Positions 1 to 8,996 of a stretch of 64,000 nt of DNA are shown in pieces; the first letter of the stretch is position 1, and each line of letters opens with the position of its first letter. The position numbers were made by a program, and so were the translations under genes. This DNA comes from Patescibacteria group bacterium (GTDB taxonomy: Bacteria > Patescibacteriota > Patescibacteriia > UBA9934 > GWF2-40-263): the NCBI GenBank assembly GCA_038065075.1, contig JBBTRQ010000001.1, positions 2,823 to 66,822 of the forward strand. Reading direction: 5' to 3'. Below the pieces are notes generated by a model. It was not told the DNA's origin. It saw nothing but the letters and a program-made list of their open reading frames with translations, and made no database searches.

Positions 1-3000
1 GTTGAAATCTCCACACAGACCCGAGTCGCAGGACGTACTGCTCGTACACACGTCACTGGCATCCGAAGCGCTCGCGCAGACTCCGCTGGCGTTACACGCG
101 CCCGAGCCATACGACGGAGTGACAAAGTACGCATCACATTGCGTATCGACAATACAGGTCTCGCCCGCATCATCGAAATCCGTACAAATATCCCCTACAC
201 CGCAGGCCGCGCCACCGCCGCCGCAGGTTCCCGTGTCGCAATCTGCATCAGTCGTACAGATTGTTCCGTCCGAGCACAGCGCTCCCTCCCAATCTTCATA
301 ATCGCCATCACATTCCTCCGAGCCGTTCACGCGACCATCGCCGCAAATAAGTCCTGGGGATGTGCAATTATAGGCACAAGCATCCGTCGCGTTGTACTGG
401 CCATTGGAAACCGCGCACTCGGCGGCCAGATTGAGGTACGCCCAGCTTGCCGTGTCCGCGATCACACTCGAGTAGTTGGATGTCGTTCCGCAATCGCACT
501 GTTCACTGGAGGCCAAGTATCCGTCACCACAGTAGATGGCATCACCCGCGCCACACTCATCATCGCAATGACCGTAGGTTCCATTGAGCGAACCGTCGTC
601 GCAGGTCTCACCCGTTTCGACAACGCCGTTGCCACACTCATAGGCGCTGCATGATGATGTGTTGGTCGTATCCCAGTAACACTGATTCGACGAATTGATC
701 GCACAGGCGTACGTCGTTGTGCCGCTCGCACACGTTCCACCCGTTCCGCACTGGGCATCACTCTCGCACCCTTCATCGCCGTCATACGTATCGTCATCTG
801 GATTTACGCACACCGTACACGTTGCGCCGGTCGTAGTATCACCAAGTTCACAGGTTTCACTCGCTCCTTGTGTTCCGTCACCGCACAACGAGGAGTCTCC
901 CCATGTGCTTCCGTCACAGAATACCGGCGTGGCCGAGAATCCTGAAAGGGCGGAAGCCGGCGCATAGTCTGTCGGATACTCTACGTACACCGTCACCTCA
1001 TCGGAAAGCTCTGTATCAAGCGCGTAGCCCCATGTGTACTCGCCCCCGTCAGACTCGAGCACCGCGTACAGTTTGTATGCCTCCCCTCCCACGCTCTGGT
1101 ATCCATAGAGGTGCGAGTTCTCTGGACAGATAAACGACCCCTCTTCTCCGTTCCAGCAAGAAGCAGAGTCGTATCCGTCTTCCGAACAGTCATAAAACTC
1201 GTTCACCGGATCGCTCGGAAGCGCCGTGCCTAAGTCGTTCCCTAACGACGCACTCCAGGAACTCCAGATAGAGTTAGACAACGCGGGCACAAATGTTCCA
1301 GACTGCACCTCGGGGAATCCCGCCATGCACTCCTCCTCCCCTGGACAATTATAATCTGTATCACAGGACTGTCCCTTTGTGACCGAGCAGTGACCGTTGG
1401 CGTCGCCATACTCGTCAATCGTCGTCGCTATATCGACCACGTCCAAGAGACGCGTCATGTCACGCGTGAGCTTTCCCTTCTGGGCGTCACACATGATCGA
1501 GCTGTCCTCGAATGCCTCATAGCAATCCCCATCCCACTCGCATGTCACGTATTCTCCCGAGGTGTCATCATCACTCTCGTAATACAGTTCATAACTCAAC
1601 GTCGTTTCATCCTGGCACAAGTTGATATCCGTCACCTCGTCCGTGTTGCCGTTGAAGCGCCAGTTCGCGAGAAGCTGATTAAAAATTTCCTGCGCGTCAT
1701 CGCTGGCGTCCTCGTTGTAAGAGACGATGTAGATGTTGGGATAGATGGTTGTCCCACTCACATTCGCGGCCGCGGCATACAGCGTGTTGCCGGCTGAGAC
1801 GGCTGGATATCCGTCGAGTTCTGTTTCCGAAAAGGTGCCGGTAAACTCCTGTCCCTCAACCCAGGCACTGGGAGTTAAATACGATCCATTTCCTAAACAC
1901 GATTCGCCTGATGGACAATCTGAGTCGGCGCTACAAGAGGTGGAAGTTGTCGTCGAACAGAAGGAAACGTTGGGGATGACGCGTACACCGATCGCATCAC
2001 TGGAATCTTCCACTTTAAAAATGAGTTCCTGAAGAATGCCAGAAGATGCGAGAGATGTGACATCGATCGGATCCTCGAGTGCTGGCAGGTCATCCTCGGT
2101 TCCTGTCTCACCGGCATCGCGGCAGTAATAGAATGAAAAGTTACTCGGCAAAACATCTTCCAGATACGGGAAATCAAGCGTCGTCGATTCAAGCGACGGC
2201 CACGGGTTCTCACAAACGAGGGCGGTCACCTCGAGGAGCCCCGTGACGGTGCGCGCGGCGATCGCGGGGATGGCGGCGCTCGTGGCAGTCGCGGGGATCG
2301 CGGCAACGGCGACGGTTGTCGGTTCAAAGAGTTCATCAGTCGTGATGGTCGCGGTCGCAAAGACTTGCTCTCGGCCGGAGGCACCGCTTGCGGTGTAATT
2401 GCGTGTCGTGTCCTGCGGCGTCTCAGGCGCGGAGGCGACCACGTCTGTTTCTCCCGCGTCCGTCAACGAGGATGCCCACCCCCACTCCCACGCGTAGAGC
2501 TCTGGCAACGGCGCGATCTCTTCATACCCTCCCGCGCGGTAACTCTGGGGGGTGGCGATGAAGGCGTGCTCCTCGCCGGTTGCGCTAAACAGCCCCACGC
2601 TTGCACCCTCGTTGACGCTCACGTCAACATTCCCGAGATCCTCCAGGGTGACTCGATCCAGATCGCAAACCTCCGAACCCACGGCAAACGTGCGGACGAA
2701 TTGCGCGCTACCGCACGCGTCTCCCAGGCACAGGGTCACGTCCGAAGGCGTAAGCATGCCATCCTTATTTTCATCGTGGCCAACGTTGTCCGCGACGACC
2801 ACCAAGCGATAGACGGCGTTCTCCTCCAGAAGCTGGCCGTAGGCAAGTGCCACGCGCGCGGTTCCGGCTTGCGCGTCGACAATCGTCTGGGAATACGTCA
2901 CCGGCACATGGCAAGCAAACGTCGAGGAAGCCGACGCGTCGTTTCCAAACAGACCCATCACGAACCGCTTGAACCAATGCCATAGGCGCATGGCCGAACT

Positions 3001-6000
3001 GGACTCGGGCGGGAGCGCCGCGCCGACGTAGCCTGTGGGACAGTCGGTGATCTCGTCCACCGCTTCCTGCGCCCCGTCGCCGTTCCCGTCCACGCTCACC
3101 AAGTCCAAATAGAGATTCGCGTGAAATTCGTTTTGCTGGATGATGCCATCGCCGTCGGTGAGCTCGACCACGCCGTCCTGATCGTTGTCCTGCGTTGAGT
3201 CAAACGTGGCGGCGTCCATGAACTCGCTGAACTCCACCCAGACGGCCGTGTTACGGCACAAGCCGTTGGCCGTGTCTGTCTCAAACGCCGCGAGGTTGTC
3301 CGTCGGACTGACGGTTCCCAGCGTGGGGCGCGCAAAACAGCAAGACTCCGCGCCGCAACCCAGTGCGGCTCCGCCACAAGAGTCATTGGTGGTACAAGCG
3401 CATTGCAGGCGCAGCGTGGCATCGTCGGTCACGTCTTCGTCGACCGTGACGGATATGGTGGAGACCGCGTAGCCGGTTGTCTCGTTGACTTCCCTGGGAG
3501 CGCCCGGCGCCACTTGGGCGACGGAATACGAGCCCGCAGAGAACACTGAGGAAGCGGGCGCGTCACATTCCTCGCCCACGCCTTGTGCGTTGCCGTCTCC
3601 GCAAAAGGACGGAATCGAGTATAGGTAGGAGGAGCCCGACCACAAACAGCGGTTGCCACAGCCTTCCTCCCCGTCGCACTCCTCGCCCAGATCAAGGTCA
3701 GTGTTGCCGCAACAGTTGGGCGACGCGGAAGTGGGGCACGAGGGCGTTCCCTCCCACAGGCAGGAGCTTGAACAACCGTCAGGCGCCACGAGCGTGGAAG
3801 AAGCCAGCGCCGTGGGAATGGGATCGCAATCCTCTCCCGGCTCAACGACCTGGTTGCCGCAGATGGCGTAGACGTTCTCTTCCGACTCCGACCCTTCCAA
3901 CAGACATCGGTTCGAACAGCCGTCGCCGGAAATCGCGTTGCCGTCGTCGCAGTCCTCGCCGCCGGTATTGCTCGCCCAGTCACGCGGGCCCGCGTCCCCG
4001 CACGTCGCCCCCACCAAGAGCGATCCTTCGTTCTTGCAGATGGAAGAACAGCCGTCGCCGCTGGCGAGATTTCCGTCGTCGCAGTCCTCGCCGCCGGTCT
4101 CGATCGTCCACTGGCGAATCCCGTCCCCGCAGCAGCCGATTCCCGTCAGTTCGCACGTGTCGCCCACCGCGTAGGTACAATCCGAATCCTGACCGTTGCA
4201 AGAGTCGCCCGTGATCGAACACGACCCAACGCAGGAAAGGGAGTCGCATTGGGTGAAGCTCCCGCAGGCCTCATCGGCATCGGCAAAATCTTCGCATTGA
4301 CCCGACGTCGAACAGGCTCCGCTGTCACATTCGCTGTCAAGCGCGCAGGCCTGGTTCACATCCGCGGCGGAAGCGCACACCGCTTCCGCGCAGACTTCCT
4401 CGCACGAGGCATCATTCACGCACGGCGCGTCGGATTCTTCGCAGGCCAAGGGGCATTGGGCATGCTCCTCAAACACGCCTTCATTCAAACAGTTCTGCGA
4501 ACAGCCGTCGCCTGGCAATGTGGCGCCGTCATCGCACTCCTCCGGCGCCTCCACGCTTCCGTTACCGCACACGCCGTCTTCCACGCTCACCGTCGAGCCG
4601 GCGTTGAGACAGGCCGCCGTGCAGTACGCCGGGAGCGTGCCGGCAAGCTCAATGGCGCCGCCCAAAATCATGTAGGCGACGACCTCGTCGTTATTGAGAG
4701 CCAAGCTGGCGGCCGCGCCAACGGCGTTGGGCGTATCCGTGGCCGTCCAGGCTTCCCATGCGTAATCGCCCGCCTGAAGCGTCTGGCCTTGTGCGGAACA
4801 CTCATCAGGCTCGCCCAAAGCCGTGGCCGCAAACTCGGCGCGCGCGCCGACATAGCCCAGGGTGGCAAGGGCGGGATCGATCTCCACCGAGTCAATCGAA
4901 CAGCTGACCGCATCGTTCTTGGTGCGGAAGATCCAAGAAAAGTCTCCGGGGAAGTACCGGTTCTCATCCGTGCCATAATTGGAGCCCGACTGTGCAAGCG
5001 CGATGCCCGTTTGGGAGACAACGGCGTCGCCGTCCACGACCACGCGGTACCACGTGTTGGGATCCATCGTCAGCGGGGGGGCAAACAGAATCGAGAACCG
5101 GCGCGTGGTCGCGCTATACCCGATGGCGCTCACTAAATCCACATCGTCAAGACCGGACGTCTCGCACAGCGAATTCAAACACTCGTACAGCGTGATACTG
5201 TTCTCCCCGATCGTGGCCTCGTCCATGACCGTGTTGAACTCGCCCCATGGCAAGGCGTTGACGCAGGCCGCGGTACACCGCGGGAAGTAATCGTCGATTT
5301 TCGGGTCGAGGAAATTGATCGTGAGATCGCCCGTGCCGGACGGATCGTTCACCGCGTTGGTGACCGTAGCGGTAATGAGAGCCGGATCGTTCGCGGGCGT
5401 CTCCGCTTGGGCGTTCACGACGTTCGCGCAGATCCCGATCCCGGGCGCGGACACGGGGATCAACGCGCCGTCAAAATCCGATTCCCAGTCAAGCGCGTAG
5501 CCGGCGCAGGAAAGCGCCACGCACCGGTCGTTTTGGGCGGTGAGCTGGGCGGAGTAGTCCACGTCCGCTTGTTGGGTCTGCGTGTACTCATTTGGCCGGA
5601 CGTTCACGTCCCCCACCTCGCAGGGAGTGTTCACGGCGCTGGTGGTAAAGTCCCATTCGTAATCCTCTTCCAAATAGCCGCCCGCGGCGCTCCGGATTTG
5701 ATCCGCGCCCTGCAGACTCACGCGGTACCAAGTGTCGGTTGCGAGGCTACCGACAATGGGCGTCCATGAAAACCCGGTCACGTCCGGGACGACGCTACCG
5801 GGCACCAAGACCCAATTTTTGCATGCGCCTTCTTGCGCGAGCAGACACGTTTCATCGGGATTCTCACAATCGAAATCGCTCGAGCACTCCGCGGCCGCGA
5901 ACGAACAGACTTCCAGCGCGCTCGTTTCCTCTGCGAGCGTGAAGGTCTGCGCGCACGCGCGCACCAACACGGTGGAAGCGTTCATGGTCGGTTTCACCAT

Positions 6001-8961
6001 CGTCATGTTGAACTCGGCCTCCACCGCGGCGTTCACGCATACGTCCTGCGGATCGCTCCACCCCTCCCAGGGGCTGGGTGAGACACCCGTTCCCGTGCAC
6101 TGGACGAGCACGTGCGGGGTGTTGGGTGTGATTCCCGTGGTGATCATGAAGGCGTAGTGGGCCTCAACCTCAGTCACGTCCTCACATGACGTCGAACACG
6201 CTCCGTTGGAACAACAGCTCTCTCCTTCGGCACACAAATCCGCATCCTCCCGACAGTCGCCGACGGTAAAGGTGATCGAATTGGAGGAGTATCCGTTTTC
6301 CGCTTCCTCAACGTACACAGGACCGGTCACGGCCTCGTCGGGCACGACAACGGAAGAAATCTCGTCATTCTCCCACAACGTGAAGCCGGCTTCTTGAATA
6401 CGATAAAACGTCACGGTTCCGTCGTCGGTTCCAAAATTTTCACCGTAAATTGTCACCTCAACTTCCGCCGGCGCGCTCGATGGATCAATGTCACAGATGG
6501 CCGGTCCCGGGGTGTCGTCCAAAACGACGAAATCTGTCGCGTCCGATTCCTGCCCGTCCGCGCGCTCAAGCGTGAGCGCGTGGGTTACGGCTTCGATCGC
6601 GTCCAAGCTTTCTGTTTGATAGACCTCCGGAACCTTCACGGTTACGTACGTGTCATGCCAGAAATCGTCCCCACACGCGTCCGGAAAATCGGTGTCGCCC
6701 AGGGCGGTATAGCCCAAGGACTCATTCTCAAAAAAGATTGATCCGGTTGTCGTTCCAAATCCTGTTCCGTACACGGTGATGTATTGTCCAGCTGGCCCCC
6801 AGTTCAGCGCGTCCTCACACGTCGCTCCCTCGCCACAGTCATCGTCATCGCCACAGTGCACATTGTCGTCGGAACACGCCTTCCAACCGGAATCGACCGA
6901 GGAGATGACTGGACTCGAGGAACTCGAAACATCGACTGCCGTGAACGTGACCTTATTTGATCCCACACGCACAGACTCGCAACTTCCGCCCTCGTCGCCA
7001 CAATCATCGTCGTCGCCGCAATACTTGAGCGTCTCGGAACACCACGACGTCGCGCAACTCTCACCTGTCTCGGTGTCACAATCCTCATCGTCTGAGCAGG
7101 TCGTCGCCGTTGCCTCGCCATCGGAGGTGATACAAACGTAGTCGCCTGTAAACACCTGCGTAAGATACGTTCCCGAGTTTACGTTGGGAACAACGACATC
7201 GAGTTGGTCGTCAGACCAAGAAATGTACGAGCTCGCTTCGTAGTTTGTAAAATAGAACGTCGACGAACCTTGGGTCTCGCCGAAACTGTTGCCGTACACA
7301 TCGATCGAAGAGCCGTAATCATCTTCATCAGGGTCAAGCAAACACACGCCCGGACGTTCAATCGCGTTGACATCGAAGTCTGCAATCGACGGGCCATAGT
7401 CGTCGTCGGTGCGCTCGGTCTCGTCGTCCGATGTTGTGACAGAAACAGGGCCATCCACGGCGGCGCTTGGAACCTGAACAATGATCTGCGAATCCGACCA
7501 CTGCGTGGAAGCGTTACATTCGTACGCACTCAGTTCAACTTCATCTCCCGATTCCGTTCCTAGGAACGCAATAACACCTTCGTCTTCTCCAAAGCCCTCA
7601 CCGGAAATCGTGATCAGATTTCCCCCAGCGCCGTCTCCTGGCGACACGCCTTCAATCTTCGGAGTCGTCACGCAGGAACCGTCCACACATTGGCCGCTGG
7701 CGCACTCCGCGTCTTCCGTACACTCATCGCCGTCACAGGAGCCGCAGTAGTACGCGCTCGTGGAGTCGCCACCGCAGTCGATTTCCTCCTCACCCAAATC
7801 TTCGTCGAGGACTTCGTTGTTACAGTTGGCGGCACGCAAAACGATGCTTACGCGGGAGGCGGTATCCGTATTCCCCGCGCAATCGTATCCGGTCGCCCAC
7901 ACGTCATATTCCTCGTTGGTGGTGTAGCCTTCCGTATCCCATTCTTCTGCCGAGTCGGTGAAAAATGCATTCTCGACGCTCGCGCCTGTCACGGCTCCCG
8001 TGGATGAGAAGTCTACTCCCGAGGAGTAGATCGCCTCGTCATCATCGATCACATAAAAATCGACGGTCGAAACACCACTGTCATCTGTCGTAAGTACCTG
8101 AAGCATTTCGATCGATCCCGCGTAGAGACTCTCCCCGTCTTCTGGCGCGTCCATCGTGACGCTTGGATCGTCGATATCGACCTCGGTCCCGGTTGTGAAA
8201 CCAAAGGTGCAGGGATAGGTCGTCGTGCACGTCAGGGATGAGCCGGCTGAGGACTCGACCACGCTCGAATCTACATCAATCGTGTACTCCGACGACGCAT
8301 CGAAACAAAACTCTGTCTCGTACGGGCTGTCACAGGCCTGGGATGGTGTGAATGTCACGGTGCGGCCGGACGTCGAAAACGTTCCGACCACGGGACTGCC
8401 ACCAGAGTCGGCAACCACGATTCCCTCCTCCACGCTGTCAGAATCGACACTCTTGGAAAAAACAAATTGAAGCTGGAGGTTTTGGAGAGACTCGGCACAT
8501 TCTGTATTGACTGAGCTCAGATAAAACACCGAACTGCTACTGCTATCCGAGTAGGAACTCGAGTTTGAACTGCTTCCAGAAATATCCGTCCCGGTCGCGT
8601 CCACGAGCGCCCCCAGCACAAACGACACAATGGCGAAGCTCGCAAACACCAACAGCAGACCGATGATGGCGTTTGTGATGATACCCTTGGCTTTCTTCAA
8701 CCGCTCTGGATTCCCTCCGGCGGTCATGTACACAAATCCTCCGTAAACCATGAACGCAACAGTCACGACTCCCACGAACGTAATGGCCGTGCGGATGAGT
8801 CGGGCAATAATGACCGTGATGGTGGCGTCGGTCGAAAACCCGGCCGTTTCCGCAAACGACTCCATGTCCACATCCTGTGCAAACGCCGGCACGGCGACAA
8901 AAACCCCGGCACTGAGGATCAGTGCAAGTAGGAAGCTGTGGATGTAACGATTCATCTTCAT
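1..8961 (-). CDS. Giant (>2,980 aa, 3' end outside window) secreted surface protein: signal peptide, TrbC/VirB2-like CPR pilin anchor, Ig-like/IPT-TIG domains, Myxococcus-type Cys-rich repeats
   Basis: Manual translation from ATG at 8961 (MKMNRYIHSFLLALILSAGVFVAVPAFA-QD...YGGFVYMTAGGNPERLKKAKGIITNAIIG) found no stop down to base 1. Contains ITISGEGFG / ITVYGTGFG IPT motifs and repeated CGNG/CGDG...EECDDG...GDGCS motifs. Absent from the ORF track because it has no stop in the window. Confidence 0.88.
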   Translation of the reverse strand, partial: MKMNRYIHSFLLALILSAGVFVAVPAFAQDVDMESFAETAGFSTDATITVIIARLIRTAITFVGVVTVAFMVYGGFVYMTAGGNPERLKKAKGIITNAIIGLLLVFASFAIVSFVLGALVDATGTDISGSSSNSSSYSDSSSSSVFYLSSVNTECAESLQNLQLQFVFSKSVDSDSVEEGIVVADSGGSPVVGTFSTSGRTVTFTPSQACDSPYETEFCFDASSEYTIDVDSSVVESSAGSSLTCTTTYPCTFGFTTGTEVDIDDPSVTMDAPEDGESLYAGSIEMLQVLTTDDSGVSTVDFYVIDDDEAIYSSGVDFSSTGAVTGASVENAFFTDSAEEWDTEGYTTNEEYDVWATGYDCAGNTDTASRVSIVLRAANCNNEVLDEDLGEEEIDCGGDSTSAYYCGSCDGDECTEDAECASGQCVDGSCVTTPKIEGVSPGDGAGGNLITISGEGFGEDEGVIAFLGTESGDEVELSAYECNASTQWSDSQIIVQVPSAAVDGPVSVTTSDDETERTDDDYGPSIADFDVNAIERPGVCLLDPDEDDYGSSIDVYGNSFGETQGSSTFYFTNYEASSYISWSDDQLDVVVPNVNSGTYLTQVFTGDYVCITSDGEATATTCSDDEDCDTETGESCATSWCSETLKYCGDDDDCGDEGGSCESVRVGSNKVTFTAVDVSSSSSPVISSVDSGWKACSDDNVHCGDDDDCGEGATCEDALNWGPAGQYITVYGTGFGTTTGSIFFENESLGYTALGDTDFPDACGDDFWHDTYVTVKVPEVYQTESLDAIEAVTHALTLERADGQESDATDFVVLDDTPGPAICDIDPSSAPAEVEVTIYGENFGTDDGTVTFYRIQEAGFTLWENDEISSVVVPDEAVTGPVYVEEAENGYSSNSITFTVGDCREDADLCAEGESCCSNGACSTSCEDVTEVEAHYAFMITTGITPNTPHVLVQCTGTGVSPSPWEGWSDPQDVCVNAAVEAEFNMTMVKPTMNASTVLVRACAQTFTLAEETSALEVCSFAAAECSSDFDCENPDETCLLAQEGACKNWVLVPGSVVPDVTGFSWTPIVGSLATDTWYRVSLQGADQIRSAAGGYLEEDYEWDFTTSAVNTPCEVGDVNVRPNEYTQTQQADVDYSAQLTAQNDRCVALSCAGYALDWESDFDGALIPVSAPGIGICANVVNAQAETPANDPALITATVTNAVNDPSGTGDLTINFLDPKIDDYFPRCTAACVNALPWGEFNTVMDEATIGENSITLYECLNSLCETSGLDDVDLVSAIGYSATTRRFSILFAPPLTMDPNTWYRVVVDGDAVVSQTGIALAQSGSNYGTDENRYFPGDFSWIFRTKNDAVSCSIDSVEIDPALATLGYVGARAEFAATALGEPDECSAQGQTLQAGDYAWEAWTATDTPNAVGAAASLALNNDEVVAYMILGGAIELAGTLPAYCTAACLNAGSTVSVEDGVCGNGSVEAPEECDDGATLPGDGCSQNCLNEGVFEEHAQCPLACEESDAPCVNDASCEEVCAEAVCASAADVNQACALDSECDSGACSTSGQCEDFADADEACGSFTQCDSLSCVGSCSITGDSCNGQDSDCTYAVGDTCELTGIGCCGDGIRQWTIETGGEDCDDGNLASGDGCSSICKNEGSLLVGATCGDAGPRDWASNTGGEDCDDGNAISGDGCSNRCLLEGSESEENVYAICGNQVVEPGEDCDPIPTALASSTLVAPDGCSSSCLWEGTPSCPTSASPNCCGNTDLDLGEECDGEEGCGNRCLWSGSSYLYSIPSFCGDGNAQGVGEECDAPASSVFSAGSYSVAQVAPGAPREVNETTGYAVSTISVTVDEDVTDDATLRLQCACTTNDSCGGAALGCGAESCCFARPTLGTVSPTDNLAAFETDTANGLCRNTAVWVEFSEFMDAATFDSTQDNDQDGVVELTDGDGIIQQNEFHANLYLDLVSVDGNGDGAQEAVDEITDCPTGYVGAALPPESSSAMRLWHWFKRFVMGLFGNDASASSTFACHVPVTYSQTIVDAQAGTARVALAYGQLLEENAVYRLVVVADNVGHDENKDGMLTPSDVTLCLGDACGSAQFVRTFAVGSEVCDLDRVTLEDLGNVDVSVNEGASVGLFSATGEEHAFIATPQSYRAGGYEEIAPLPELYAWEWGWASSLTDAGETDVVASAPETPQDTTRNYTASGASGREQVFATATITTDELFEPTTVAVAAIPATATSAAIPAIAARTVTGLLEVTALVCENPWPSLESTTLDFPYLEDVLPSNFSFYYCRDAGETGTEDDLPALEDPIDVTSLASSGILQELIFKVEDSSDAIGVRVIPNVSFCSTTTSTSCSADSDCPSGESCLGNGSYLTPSAWVEGQEFTGTFSETELDGYPAVSAGNTLYAAAANVSGTTIYPNIYIVSYNEDASDDAQEIFNQLLANWRFNGNTDEVTDINLCQDETTLSYELYYESDDDTSGEYVTCEWDGDCYEAFEDSSIMCDAQKGKLTRDMTRLLDVVDIATTIDEYGDANGHCSVTKGQSCDTDYNCPGEEECMAGFPEVQSGTFVPALSNSIWSSWSASLGNDLGTALPSDPVNEFYDCSEDGYDSASCWNGEEGSFICPENSHLYGYQSVGGEAYKLYAVLESDGGEYTWGYALDTELSDEVTVYVEYPTDYAPASALSGFSATPVFCDGSTWGDSSLCGDGTQGASETCELGDTTTGATCTVCVNPDDDTYDGDEGCESDAQCGTGGTCASGTTTYACAINSSNQCYWDTTNTSSCSAYECGNGVVETGETCDDGSLNGTYGHCDDECGAGDAIYCGDGYLASSEQCDCGTTSNYSSVIADTASWAYLNLAAECAVSNGQYNATDACAYNCTSPGLICGDGRVNGSEECDGDYEDWEGALCSDGTICTTDADCDTGTCGGGGAACGVGDICTDFDDAGETCIVDTQCDAYFVTPSYGSGACNASGVCASASDASDVCTSSTSCDSGLCGDFN

Positions 8962-8967
8962 GTTTTG

Positions 8968-8990
8968 GTAGCCGCAAGCTTTAGCTTGCG
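8968..8990 (+). repeat. GTAG-foot REP-like palindrome
   Basis: GTAG-CCGCAAGCT-TT-AGCTTGCG; same family as 13466-13524 and 24992-25014. Confidence 0.75.
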
Positions 8991-8996
8991 TGCGTT

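Noticed and set aside
2-8977. Dozens of short track ORFs on both strands over the first 9 kb
   Set aside because: Shadow frames of the single giant minus-strand CDS; Ser/Pro/Arg-rich antisense composition.
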